64,000 nucleotides of DNA from NCBI RefSeq assembly GCF_009914755.1, contig NC_060930.1, one strand, 5' to 3'. The notes under the pieces were generated by a model. The model saw only the letters and a list, made by a program, of their open reading frames with translations, ran no database searches and was not told the origin of the DNA. The DNA is from the human T2T-CHM13v2.0 reference genome, Homo sapiens. This document shows, one piece after another, positions 13,691-29,949 of the stretch. Both the position numbers and the translations under genes were made by a program. The first letter of the stretch is position 1; each line of letters opens with the position of its first letter.

Positions 13691-14987
13691 AGAGAAACTG
13701 TTTTAATTTCTCCTTTTGGTTTGTCAATACTTTCCATAATGAAGGGTTTAAAACCAGTACAGTTGTCTGTATATTGTAAGCTAATTAAAAATACAATACA
13801 GAGACTATCAATAATACATAAACTTTTTGTATCCCTTCTGTAGTTATATGAGGGAAAAGAACTTGGGATCAATTACTTTTCTAGGAAATCTCAAAGGTAT
13901 TCTGGGTATAAAGAAGTCTAACAGTTTTATTATTTAGAAATGAGTTCTTAAATTTGATTTAAGAAAACCCATATCAAAAACATGTGTTAGAAAATACAAG
14001 ACAAGATAATAATCTTTAGTATCTAAAGAGAATAAATGGTTTCAATTTTGATGTAAAGTGACAATACTTAAGGTGAACACAAGAAGTAATAATTATTAGA
14101 AAATCTATCCTTTCAAAAGTGAAAAATACTTGTTAATAATTTAAAAAATGAAAAAAGAGGTACATAAAGTAACAGGCTTTAAAGTGAGGGCATTTGGGCA
14201 TTATTAGGAACCTCATCCATCTAATCATCGAATACCTTTTTATTTTTGCATTTTCATGTAAACAGCAGGATATATTTGTCTTTTTAAAGGCAAGAAAAAA
14301 ATTATTTCACTTTTTTGCATAGAACCTGCATAAAATTTTGCATTATTCACAATCTATAAAAATTTGCCCACCTTTTCGGCCTTTAATATATTTCTTTTAA
14401 AATTTGTCTTTCAGATTTGTGATTATATATGTATTACATATAATTATATATGTGTATTATGTATATATTATATATGTTATATACATATTCACAATCTGGC
14501 ACAACAGGACTTTTTTTTAAGACAGAACTTATTTATATGAACAAAATATTTCAACAAATAAAATACATCCATTATCTTATGTATACATTCATGTTTCTTT
14601 AAAATTATTATACCTAGCGTAGTGAACCTAGGTATACAAATTTTGTTCCCATTAAGACACTGAAAAACTGTGGAAGTAATTAAAGGTGAACTGTCATCCA
14701 CTTGTACCTTAGCAAATCCACATATCTCCTGTAAGGCAATCCTTCCATAGGCATACATGTCCTTTTTTAAAAAAAAAATTAATAGACTTTACGTTTTAGG
14801 ACATTTCGATATGTATATACGAGTTGAGAGGATGGTACAGAGAGTTCCCAAATACCTCATACCCAGTTTCTCCTTAACATCTTACACTGGTATGTTACAA
14901 TTGTGATAATTAACAAAGCAGTATTAATATACTGTTATTTACTATAATCCATAATTTATTTAGAGTTCCGTACTTTTTGCCTAATGC

Positions 14988-15045
14988 TGTGTGTGTGTGT
15001 GTGTGTGTGCGTGTGTGTGTGTGTGTTTGACTGTTTGTGTGTGTG
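14988..15045. repeat. (TG)n microsatellite, interrupted
   Basis: Direct observation. Confidence 0.95.
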
Positions 15046-17116
15046 TCTCCAGCATCCCATTCAGGGCACTACATTATATTTGCTCATTCTGTCTCCTTAG
15101 GCTCCTTTTTGCTGTGGCAGTTTCTCGGACTTTTATTATTTTTATGACCTCAACAGATATGAGGAGTACAGGTCAGGTATATTGTGTAAGACGCTCCAGT
15201 TTGGAATGTGTCTGATGCTTTTCTTATAATAAAATTGTGGTTACGAGTTATTGAGAGGAAGATGACAGAGAAAAAGACCACCATGTTTATCACATCAAAT
15301 CAAAGATACATTCTATCAACCTGACATACCTCTGTTGGTGTTGGACTTGACGACCTAACTAAGCTAGTGTTTATCAGATTTCTCCACTGTGAAGTTATTC
15401 TTTTTTCCTCATTTCATGCTGTATTTTTTGGAAGAAAGTTACTATGTGCAGCTTCCAATTATGAAGTGGGTAGTTATGCTGTCCTTCCTTAAGGGTGGAG
15501 TATCTATACAAATTATGAAGAATTCTTATGCATGTGTGTTTACCTCTTTTCCCCCATTCATATATTTATTTACTCATTTATTTGTATAGGTATAGAATAA
15601 TAGATATGTATTTTATGCTTTGGATTATAATCCGGTACTACTTTTGTTATTTATTTTGTTGCTCAAATTGTTCCAACTTTGGCCATTGGGAGCTCTTTCA
15701 ATTTGCTCCTGTATCGTTCCTACATGCCCCTATTATATTGGGATTTTTAGCACCTCCTTATAAATTACGAGATGCTTCAGACTCATCTTGTATATTTCCT
15801 ATCCCAGTCCTAGATGCAGTCGCTTCTCCAAGGAGTCTTGGTTCTTTTAATTGGAAAACAGTATTAGAAAGCAAGATCTAGGATCTAGGTGTGCTCCTTG
15901 ATAATCAGGTATCTTTTATTGTATGCTCTCTTAGCTGACAAATCAATGTTACGTCTGTGTGTTTAAAAACCTGTGTATAGGCACAAGTCTATAAGTATTT
16001 CTGTATGTAATGATATCTATTTGTGTTAAGCTAAACATGAGTTCATACAGCTGTTCCAACTCTGATCTATTGTCACATGGTTCACTCGAGATTGTTCCCC
16101 TTATCTGTGGATTCCCACTCCAACAGTTAGAAACCTGAATGCAACCATCTGCCATTCATTTGGTTAATTGTTCAACTGCAGTATACATATATGTGAAGCA
16201 ATATCAGAACTATTAACCTTTAGCTCCATGGAAAAAATGTCAGCTAGAATACACGTTTGTGCAATTTCTTTTCTCTTTAGTCCTACAGACCCCAGTCATT
16301 TCCAGACTGACTTAGGTCATCACTTTTCTCCATATCCCATTCAATGAGGTTGGTACATACATGTGTGATACAGATAAATTTACTCATCACAGTCTGCATT
16401 CCTTCCTGGAATCCCCTGACCTCCTAAATGATGTTTTAAAACTTGCATATATTAAGGTTCACCTTTGTGCTCTAAAACTCTATGGGTTTTAACAAATGCA
16501 TAATGCCATGTATCTAGCGACACACAGAATAGTTTCACTGTGTGAAAACTCTCATTCTTCATCTATTTATTCTCTCCCACTTCATCCGAACCCCTGGCAA
16601 CCACTGTTATCTGTTTACTGTCTTGATAGTTTTGTCTTTTCAGAATTTCATAAAATTAGGAGCATATAGTATATAGCATTTTCAGGCTTTTTTGAGGCAA
16701 GAAGCATTTGGGGTTCTTCCCTGTTTTTCTCTGTCCTAAAAACTCTATTTTTTCTGTCACCGAATAACTTTACCTTACATGGCTGTATTCCAGTTATTAT
16801 TATTTTTTTAATCCGGTCACCTATTGAAGGATATCTTGGTTATTGACAGCTTTTGATGATTATGAAAAAGGCTGCCATAAATATTTATATGCAGTACTTT
16901 GTGTAGATTTATGTTTTCAAATCAACTGGGTAAATACTTAGAAGCTCAAGTGCTGTGTCACATGATAAAACTATTTTAGGAAATTTCCGAAGTGGTTCAA
17001 CCATTTTGCATTCCTAACAGCAGCGAATGAGAGTTTCTATTGCTCCACATTTTCCCCAGCACTTGGTATTGTTGTTGCTGTTGTTTCAAATTTTATCCAT
17101 TCAAAAATGTTTATAG

Positions 17117-18407
17117 AATCTGACAAAAAAAGCAATGGGGAAACGATTTGCTATTTAATAAATGGTGGTGGGAGAACTGGCTAGCTATGTGCAGAAAATT
17201 AAAACTGGACTCCTTCCTTACACCTTTACAAAATTAACTTAAGATGGATTAAAGACTTAAATGTAAAACCCAAAACTTAAAAAACCCTAGAAGAAAATCT
17301 AGGCAATACCATTCAGGACATAGCCACAGGCAAAAATTTCATGCTGAAAATGCCAAAAGCAATTGCAACAAAAGCAAAAATTGACAATGGGATTTAATTA
17401 AACTAAAGAGCTTCTGCACAGCAAAAGAAACTATCATCAGAATGAAGAGACAGAATGAAGAGTGGGAGAAAATTTTTGCAATCTATCCATCTGACAAAGG
17501 TCCAATATCCAGAGTATACAAGAGCTTAAACAAATTCACAAAAAAACCCCAAACAACCCAATTCAAAAGTAGGCAAAGAACATGAACAGACACTTCTCAA
17601 AAAAAAATTCATGTGGCCAACAACCATATGAAAAAAAGCTCAACGTCACTGATCATTAGAGAAATGCAAATCAAAACCACAATGAGATCCCATCTTATGC
17701 CAGTCAGAATAGTGATTATTAAAAAGTCCAGCAAGAACAGATGCTGGCAAGATTGCAAAGAAAAAAGAACACTTTGACACTGTCGGTGGGAGAGTAAATT
17801 AGTTCAATCACAGTGGAAGAAAGTGTGGTGATCCCTCCAAGATCTAGAAGCAGAAATACCATTTGACCCTGCAATGTCATTACTGGGTATATACCCGAAG
17901 GAACACCAATCATCCTGTTATAGATACATGCACACATATGTTCATTGCAGCACTATTCACAATAGCAAAGACATGGAATCAACCCATATGTCCATCAATT
18001 ATAGATGGATAAAGAATATGTGGTACAAGTATACCATGGAACACTATGCAGCCATAAAAAGGAACGAAATCATGTTGTTTGCAGGGACTTGAATGGAGGT
18101 GGATGCCATTACCCTCAGCAAACTAATGCAGGAACAGAAAGTCAAACATCATATGTTCTCACTTATAAGTTGGAACTGAACAATGAGAACACACGGATAC
18201 ATGTGGGGGAACAGCACACACTGGGGCCTGTCATGGTGGAATGGGGAGGAAGAGCATCAGTAAGAATAGCTAATGGATGCTGTGTTTAATACCTAGGTGA
18301 TAGGTTGATCTGTGCAGCAGACCACCATGGCACACGTTTACCTATGTAGCAAACTTGAACATCCTGCACATATATCCAGGAACTTAAAATAAAATTTGAA
18401 GAAAAAA
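17117..18407 (+). mobile_element. 5'-truncated L1PA (L1PA12-14-like)
   Basis: ORF2 C-terminal remnant and 3'UTR with GAGCATCAG..AGAATAGCTAATGGATGC, TTGATCTGTGCAGCA, ACTTAAAATAAAA. Confidence 0.9.
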
Positions 18408-20079
18408 GTTTGTTGTGAGTAGTATCTCATCGTTGTTTTGATTTGCAATTCCCTAATGACCAATAGTGTTTAACATTTTTCCATATGCTTATTTGCCCTC
18501 TATATATTTTCTCTAGTGGGCTATCTGTTCAAATTTTTTGCCCATTCTCAATTGTTTTTAGTTTTGTTCTTAAATTGTTGGCTTTAAGAGTCCTATTTTT
18601 TTAGATTTTAGATAAAAGTCCCTTATAAGATACATGGTTTGAAAATATTTTCTTTGTTGATTTGTGTTTTGATTCTCTTAATAGCATCTTCGGCAGGAGA
18701 CCAATTTAAATTTTATGGTTATTATATAATAAATGGATAAATTACAAGTTAATAATTAATGATTAATACATTATTTATTAATATTAATAGTTATGTTGTT
18801 TTTCTCTTCTTGGATAATGCCTTTAGTATTGTTTTAAAAATTTATTGCCAAACCTAAGGTCACTTAGATTTTCTCCTATGTATCCATTTAGATATGTAAT
18901 TTAATCTAATAATTTACTTTATTTAATCTGATGCATATCACCATACAAAAAACACACAGATTACTACTACTATTGTAAGTGTTCATAAATATTTCAGTTA
19001 GATATTTTAAGTGGAATAAGTAACTTACATAATGTTCAGCAATACCTGAAGTCCATAAGAGCTTACTGCTTTTGGAAGATACCAAATAATAATATTTAAT
19101 TAAATTGTTCACATTATTTTTACATTTTTATACCTTTAAACCATTTGTGGGGAAAAAATACCACAACCAACAAAACTTAGCCAAAAATTTAACTGGGGAA
19201 ATTGACATAATTTAAATTAATTTGATAAGAAAATAAATTGAAGTTTATTTGTAAATTATACTATTTACCTTTGTAAATTATAGTATTATGCTAATACTAT
19301 TTTTTTTTTTTTACATTTTATGCAATCAGGGAAAACTTACCTACTTGATTTTAAGAGAAAATGTTTAAACTCATTTAATTTGTTCAAGGGTTCACACATA
19401 TTAGGATATATAGAGACAGATCAACACAGATAGACAGATAGATAGATAGAATTTACAATTTTTAAAATAATTGTCATTATTGTTTTGATTAGCAACCACT
19501 GTTTGCATTTTCACATTCCACTTACTAGCCTAATATCACTTCAAATGTACTTACTCCTTATTACTTAACAGCCATGTTCATTTAGCTATTTCTCTGCGAA
19601 ACTGCCATTTGCTCTCTGAGTTACTGCTTCAGCAAGTGTCTAAAGCGTTCATAACAATCCAGAATTTCCAAAGCAAGAGGTGTTATTTTTCCTTTCCTCA
19701 AAATTCTTAAATTCTTATATTTTAAATTTATGGATGCACTTTATCATTTTCTGTTATCTAATCAGAGGTTTTTTTACATTTAAAAGGCTTTGTAATGTGT
19801 AATAACTATTAGTTTTATTTTTATAAAAGAGATAGATTGAAATGGTCATAAATTCATTGTTACTCTGTTTTCTTTTACTTTAAATCAGGCCAAAAAGTTT
19901 TCATGCCACATTTGCTGTATGAAATCTGAGAGTAAGTCACCAACTGTTTTTCAGTTTCCCTCCAAGCCTCTTGAAATATTTGTTCTTAGGATGTCCCCTG
20001 CTTGTGCCACCTCTTCGAAGTTAGCTGCCATGTAATAAATAAGACTACCCGGAGACCAAAACATTATGAAAAATTCAAG

Positions 20080-20801
20080 TTTTACAGGACAAAAATCAAA
20101 TCCAAGGGGTCATCAGTAAAATGTGGTTTTGGATAAATCCCTGATCCAAGTGTGGCTGTAACATGTTTTGTTAAGGTTTTAGAAAGATTTAAGGCACTCT
20201 TAGACTATGACAATTAACCAAAAAATTTCTGAGACTCTTGTATACCCTCTATTCCTTCTCAGCTAGTTAAAAGTCTCCTAAGAATATGAACTATGTGCCC
20301 TCTTGACTTTTGCTAAACCAAAGGTCTTCTAAAAGTTTTTAAGGCTATGATCTCACAGCACCCTCTCTCCCAAGACACAGAACTGTCTCAGAGATTTATG
20401 GCAATGGCTTTTATAAAAGAGAGTGAATCCCAATAAGATCCTTAGGAAACTCACAACCTTTCTAAGAGTGTTTTACTTGTAGAAACACTGCCTGTCAGCT
20501 TAGACTGAAAAGAGTCAGAGATAGTTCAAAATGAAAACATGCTCCCGAACCTTCAACACGCAGCTGTGAAAAGTCGACCATTTCTTATAAATAGAAAGGA
20601 TGACTCACAGTGGAGAGTAATCTGGTTCAAGGATCTGCACTTGAAGAACCCTACCTGAGGGATTGCATCCATATCTGGGCTTAAGATGATGAGCTGCTGG
20701 CCCTCAAGTCTGGTCTTAATATTATAGATGAAGCTTCTAGGGACTGTGAGAGGAGATAAGTGTCCTCCATGCATGAGGAACACAAATAATTTGTGGCTGA
20801 C
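20080..20801 (+). mobile_element. MLT1-int (MaLR internal region) relic
   Basis: Abuts the MLT1H LTR, with the typical int 3' end (AAATAATTTGTGGC..GAC|TGTGG). Confidence 0.55.
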
Positions 20802-21329
20802 TGTGGTTTATTATATATGACCACAACTGATTTGCAACATCTGCATTGGGAAGTGGAATCTATTTCCCCTCTCCATGAAACTGGGTTGGGCTTGTGAGTT
20901 GATTTGACCAAAAGAATGTGGTGGGAGAGACTCAGTGTGATTTCCATGTCTGGGTCACAAGCCTTCTGACTTCCACTGCGCCTCTTGGAACACTTGCTTT
21001 TCAGATATTCCCTCTCAGAACCCAGCTGTGAAACCGTAAGAAGCCCAAGCCATTTGATAGGCCAAGTATAGATGTTCCTGCCAAAAGCCCCAGCTGAACT
21101 TCCAGATGTCAGGAAGCTTCAACTGCCAGCCATGTGAAAAAACTATTCAGTTGAGCCTTCTGCTATTTGCAGCCCTAGCCACCATCTGACCTCGATTTCC
21201 TGAGACACCAAAAATTTGAACTACCTGCCAAGTCCAGTGAACATGCAGACCCAACAAACATAATAAATTGGTGTTTTTAGCTGCAAAGTTATAGAGTGAT
21301 TTGCTAAGTAGCAATAGATAAGTAAAACA
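20802..21329 (+). mobile_element. MLT1H-like MaLR LTR
   Basis: TGTGG start, GTGGAATCTATTTCCCCT, TTTGACCAAAAGAATGTGG, AATAAATTG and terminal GCAATAGATAAGTAAAACA. Confidence 0.85.
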
Positions 21330-21919
21330 ACAGAGAAAGTTACAGTAATTTGCTCAGAAAATATTTTCTATTCATAGGATAGATGAATCTTAAAATTTAG
21401 AGTAAGCTGTGGAAATCTGGGGAAGTTTAGAACTGAATTTCTATAAACTGCATTATACTGTAGTTGTTTTCTTTAGTAATTGTTCATTTACATTGTAGGT
21501 CAAGCTGAAGTTTCAAAATTAAATTTATTTACATCTTATTTTCAGCACATAAAACATTTCCTCACATATGTATTTGCTATATTTATGTATTTCTATGGAG
21601 ATTTTCTATTTACTTTGGAGATGAGAGAGAGGAAATCTTGTGCACTCAGAGCCCTTCAACTGTCTTGAGAGATGATAAAGCTCTTGGCAGGCCAAAAGCA
21701 ATCAATTTTGTATCATTTAGGTTCTTATTCAAAAACACATTCAGCCAGATCCTTACAATTGCTATTTTAATCAGGCAGATTCTTATGTTAGAAATCAGAG
21801 ATCTCCATTTTCAAAGCTAAATTTTTTTAAAGTTACAAAGTTTCCCTCTGTTAATAATAAATATGGATCTTTGAATTAGGTGCGCTTAAATGTAGTAAAT
21901 GTATTAAAAGTGTTGACCA

Positions 21920-22813
21920 GAGGAGCCAAGATGGCGGAATAGGAATAGCTCCTGTCTACAGCTCCCAGCGTGAGCGACGCAGAAGACGGGTGATTTCTGC
22001 ATTTCCCTCTGAGGTACCGGGTTCATCTCACTAGGGAGTGCCAGACAGTGGGCGCAGGTCAGTGGGTGCACACACCGTGCGCGAGCCGAAGCACGGCGAG
22101 GCATTGCCTCACTTGGGAAGCGCAAGGGGTCAGGGAGTTCCCTTTCCCAGTCAAAGAAAGGGGTGACGGACGCACCTGGAAAATCGGGTCACTCCCACCC
22201 GAATACTGTGCTTTTCCGACGGGCTTAAAAAATGGCACACCACGAGATTATATCCCACACCTGGCTCAGAGGGTCCTACGCCCACGGAGTCTCCCTCATT
22301 GCTAGCACAGCAGTCTGAGATCAAACTGCAAGGCGGCAGTGAGGCTGGGGGAGGGGTGCCCGCCATTGCCCAGGCTTGCTTAGGTAAACAAAGCAGCCAG
22401 GAAGCTCCAACTGGGTGGAGCCCACCACAGCTCAAGCAGGCCTGCCTGCCTCTGTAGGCTCCACCTCTGGGGGCAGGGCACAGACAAACAAAAAGACAGC
22501 AGTAACCTCTGCAGACTTAATGTCCCTGTCTGACAGCTTTGAAGAGAGTAGTGGTTCTCCCAGCACGCAGCTGGAGATCTGAGAACGGGCAGACTGCCTC
22601 CTCAAGTGGGTCCCTGACACCTGAGCAGCCTAACAGGGAGGCACCCCGCAGCAGGGGCACACTGACACCTCACACGGCCCGGTACTCCAACAGACCTGCA
22701 GCTGAGGGTGCTGTCTGTTAGAAGGAAAACTAACAAACAGAAAGGACATCCACACCAAAAACCCATCTGTACATCACCATCATCAAAGACCAAAAGTAGA
22801 TAAAACCACAAAG
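21920..22813 (+). promoter_or_regulatory. L1 5'UTR: CpG-rich internal sense promoter (YY1 site 21927-21937) and antisense promoter
   Basis: 894-bp 5'UTR, CAAGATGGCGG near the start; the main CpG-rich patch of the window. Confidence 0.85.
22151..22366 (-). CDS. ORF0: L1 ORF0, intact 71 aa
   Basis: MAGTPPPASLPPCSLISDCCASN...RFSRCVRHPFL*; ATG at 22366-22364; matches primate L1 ORF0. Confidence 0.8.
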   Translation of the reverse strand: MAGTPPPASLPPCSLISDCCASNEGDSVGVGPSEPGVGYNLVVCHFLSPSEKHSIRVGVTRFSRCVRHPFL

Positions 22814-23830
22814 ATGGGGAAAAAACAGAACAGAAAAACTGGAAACTCTAAAACGCAGAGCACCTCTCCTCCTCCAAAGGAATGCAGTTCCTCACCAGCA
22901 ACGGAACAAAGCTGGATGGAGAATGACTTTGAAGAGCTGAGAGAAGAAGGCTTCAGACGATCAAGTTACTCTGAGCTACGGGAGGACATTCAAACCAAAG
23001 GCAAAGAAGTTGAAAACTTTGAAAAAGATTTAGAAGAATGTATAACTAGAATAACCAATACAGAGAAGTGCTTAAAGGAGCTGATGGAGCTGAAAACCAA
23101 GGCTCGAGAACTACGTGAAGAATGCAGAAGCCTCAGGAGCCGATGCGATCAACTGGAAGAAAGGGTATCAGCGATGGAAGATGAAATGAATGAAATGAAG
23201 CGAGAAGCGAAGGTTAGAGAAAAAAGAATAAAAAGAAATGAGTAAAGCCTCCAAGAAATATGGGACTATGTGAAAAGACCAAATCTACGTCTGATTGGTG
23301 TACCTGAAAGTGATGGGGAGAATGGAACCAAGTTGGAAAACACTCTGCAGGATATTATCCAGGAGAACTTCCCCAATCTAGCAAGGCAGGCCAACATTCA
23401 GATTCAGGAAATACAGAGAACGCCACAAAGATACTCCTCGAGAAGAGCAACTCCAAGACACATAATTGTTAGATTCACCAAAGTTGAAATGAAGGAAAAA
23501 ATGTTAAGGACAGCCAGAGAGAAAGGTCGGGTTACCCTCAAAAGGAAGCCTATCAGACTAACAGCGGATCTCTCCGCAGAAACCCTACAAGCCAGAAGAG
23601 AGTGGGGGCCAATATTCAACATTCTTAAAGAAAAGAATTTTCAACCCAGAATTTCATATCCAGCCAAACTAAGCTTCATAAGCGAAGGAGAAATAAAATA
23701 CTTTACAGACAAGCAAATGCTGAGAGATTTTGTCACCACCAGGCCTGCCCTAAAAGAGCTCCTGAAGGAAGCACTAAACATGGAAATGAACAACCGGTAC
23801 CAGCCACTGCAAAATCATGCCAAACTGTAA
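22814..23830 (+). pseudogene. ORF1: L1 ORF1p with a premature stop
   Basis: MGKKQNRKTGNSK...; CAA>TAA stop at 23243-23245; frame continues to ...QNHAKL*. Confidence 0.95.
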
Positions 23831-23893
23831 AGACCATTGAGACTAGGAAGAAACTGCATCAACTAACCAGCAAAAGAACCACCTAACATCATA

Positions 23894-27712
<3,819 letters not shown>

Positions 27713-29169
27713 ACAATGAGATCACACGGACACAGGAAGGGTAATATCACACTCTGGGGACTGTGGTGGGGTGGGGGGAGGGGGGAGGGATAGCATTGGG
27801 AGATATACCTAATGCTAGATGACGAGTTAGTGGGTGCAGCGCACCAGCATGGCACATGTATACATATGTAACTAACCTGCACAATGTGCACATGTACCCT
27901 AAAACTTAAAGTATAATTAAAAAAAAAAAAGTGTTGACCAATTAATAAATATAAATTACCCAAAAATGAAAGAGAATAAAGATAGAAAAAAATAGCAACA
28001 TATAGATTCAGAAAGAACTAAAAATATAAAGATTGTTGTAAGAAAGAGGAAAATTATCTTCCTTTTTTGAGAAGAGCAAAATATTATTTTTTTCCAGTTT
28101 AAGCAAAAAGTACAGAGAGAGAAGTTGGTAGCCTCAGTGTTCAAATTTCATCAATGGTTTGAAAAAATATATAGAACATAATTTGTTGTACATCAGTAAA
28201 ATTGACTGATTGGGTACATCAGTTCCAGAACAGAAGGTCAGAGAGGCACAGACCATCTCAAAGGCATACTTACCCTGATAACTTCATGATTTAATGGCTG
28301 CTCTTTATTCTCGTGAATGTTAATTATTTTTGTCTTGTTTTATTGTTGTGAATTACTTGAGCTTATAGTGGAACAGAAGAAACCTAATAACAAAGAATTT
28401 TATTGATAATTGGAAGGAAACTAGGCAGTGCTATAGGCAGTGACAGGAGCTTGTCTTTCCACTTGACTAAACCATAATTCAATGACATGGTAAAACAGAG
28501 GCAGGTGACTCAAAGGTTAGGAAAAATCAGAATGTTCAAGACAAACAGGAAAAAAGAAACCTGCAAATATTGAAAGGTAGAGATGGTTGGATTGTACAAT
28601 CAACAGCACCAAAACAAAAAGTGGGAATTAAAATGATGGCCAAATAAAAGCCAAACTAAATTTAGAACCTTGGGGAAAAACTAGAGGTCATCCAAAACAG
28701 TCAGTGAGGGACAAAGCACCTGGTTTGGAAACTGAAACTGAATCAGAAACAAAGTGGAGGCTTTCTAGTAGAATGATGAAATCCACTATGTAAACTGAAA
28801 AATGTGCATCTTGGTGCAAGAGACTAATGGGAGGTACTGTTAAAGGCAAAGCAATATCATCAGAGCTGTGGCTAGATCCATTTTCGTGCCTCAATGGGAA
28901 TGTATCTGTAAAATAAAGATTAGAAAAAAATGATTCAGGAAAAAAATACTTTTAAATGTTTATTGCAGGAAGTACAAATTTCAGAAATTTGTTATTACCA
29001 AATTACATGCACACACACACCCACACAGGAACACACACAGCAAGTACTTTAAAGTAAATGAGTTTACCAAGGATATTAGTAATCTGTTCATAATGAATCA
29101 ATACTAGTTTTATAAAATTAAGTCTGTCAATGATTGTCGGGGGTTACAAAAACCAGGGATAAAGTTGTT

Positions 29170-29740
29170 TCTCCTAGTCAACATACAGAAAATGACTCAA
29201 TCTTTCATCTGTTTTGTTATCTTGATTTGAACATTCCAGGAGGAAATCTCCCTCTCACTCTGTAATGCTCTAATAATGCTACGTGATGAAAGAGATCAAT
29301 TGGGTTGGTTAGTGCAAGTTGTTAGTTTGCTTTTCCAACAAGCTCTGCCACTATTTCTAAATCATGTCACTCTGTCAGGGTGCTAGATCTGCAGCATTAA
29401 CATATGATGTGCCCAAATCTTCCATTTCAATCCAATCCGTCTGTCTATGTGTTGAGTTCTGTTCATCAGTTCAAAACTTAGCCCCCATCTTGATGAGTTC
29501 TTGTTGGGACCACTGATGTCCATTTTCCCCTTTTCTTCCAATAAGCCTTATCCAGGGCCACCCTTTGTTTTTCAACATAAAGCATTGGGTATCTGGTTTT
29601 GATCACTTCCTTCACAAAGAGTAAATTGGCTTCTTATGCAAAATGTTCTATCCCCTTCCCTAAGAATATCATGACAGGCAATTTTTACTGAACACCAGAA
29701 CAAGTCCTAATGTAACACTCCCTCAAGATGGAATGTTTTA
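29170..29740 (-). mobile_element. Possible ancient ERVL-type (class III) gag relic
   Basis: Stop-riddled translation WSQQELIKMGAKF*...DWIEMEDLGTSYV...IDLFHHVALLEHYRVRGRFPPG follows the motif order of ERVL capsid. Confidence 0.3.
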
Positions 29741-29949
29741 GGTACCTTACATATTTGCACAATGAGGTCCAATAAAGTTGTTCTATTCAAGTCAAGAAGA
29801 TCTGCTCCATTGTAACTATCTTCTGGACAGCTCATAAAATTTAATACATGGTAACAAGTGAGGTTGCAAAGTTAGGCAGAGACAAGAATATAACAATCAC
29901 TTGTGCTAACAAAAATAATGATGGAAAATCAAATAATTATGAGAAATCT

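Larger units (their letters stand above)
14775..18900 (-). mobile_element. L1MC (L1MC2/3-like) long 3'UTR and ORF2 end, interrupted by an L1PA at 17117-18407
   Basis: Antisense L1MC 3' terminus TTAATAGACTTTA..GTACAGAGAGTTCCCA; CCCTGGCAACCACTG; resumes at 18410 with AGTATCTCATCGTTGTTTTGATTTGCAATTCCCTAATGA. Confidence 0.8.

Noticed and set aside
19335-19400. Minus-strand donor TAG|GTAAGT after MCEPLNKLNEFKHFLLKSS
   Set aside because: No acceptor or promoter evidence upstream, only (GATA)-like simple repeat; likely chance.
27762-27790. G-quadruplex tract in the L1 3'UTR
   Set aside because: Standard L1PA feature.
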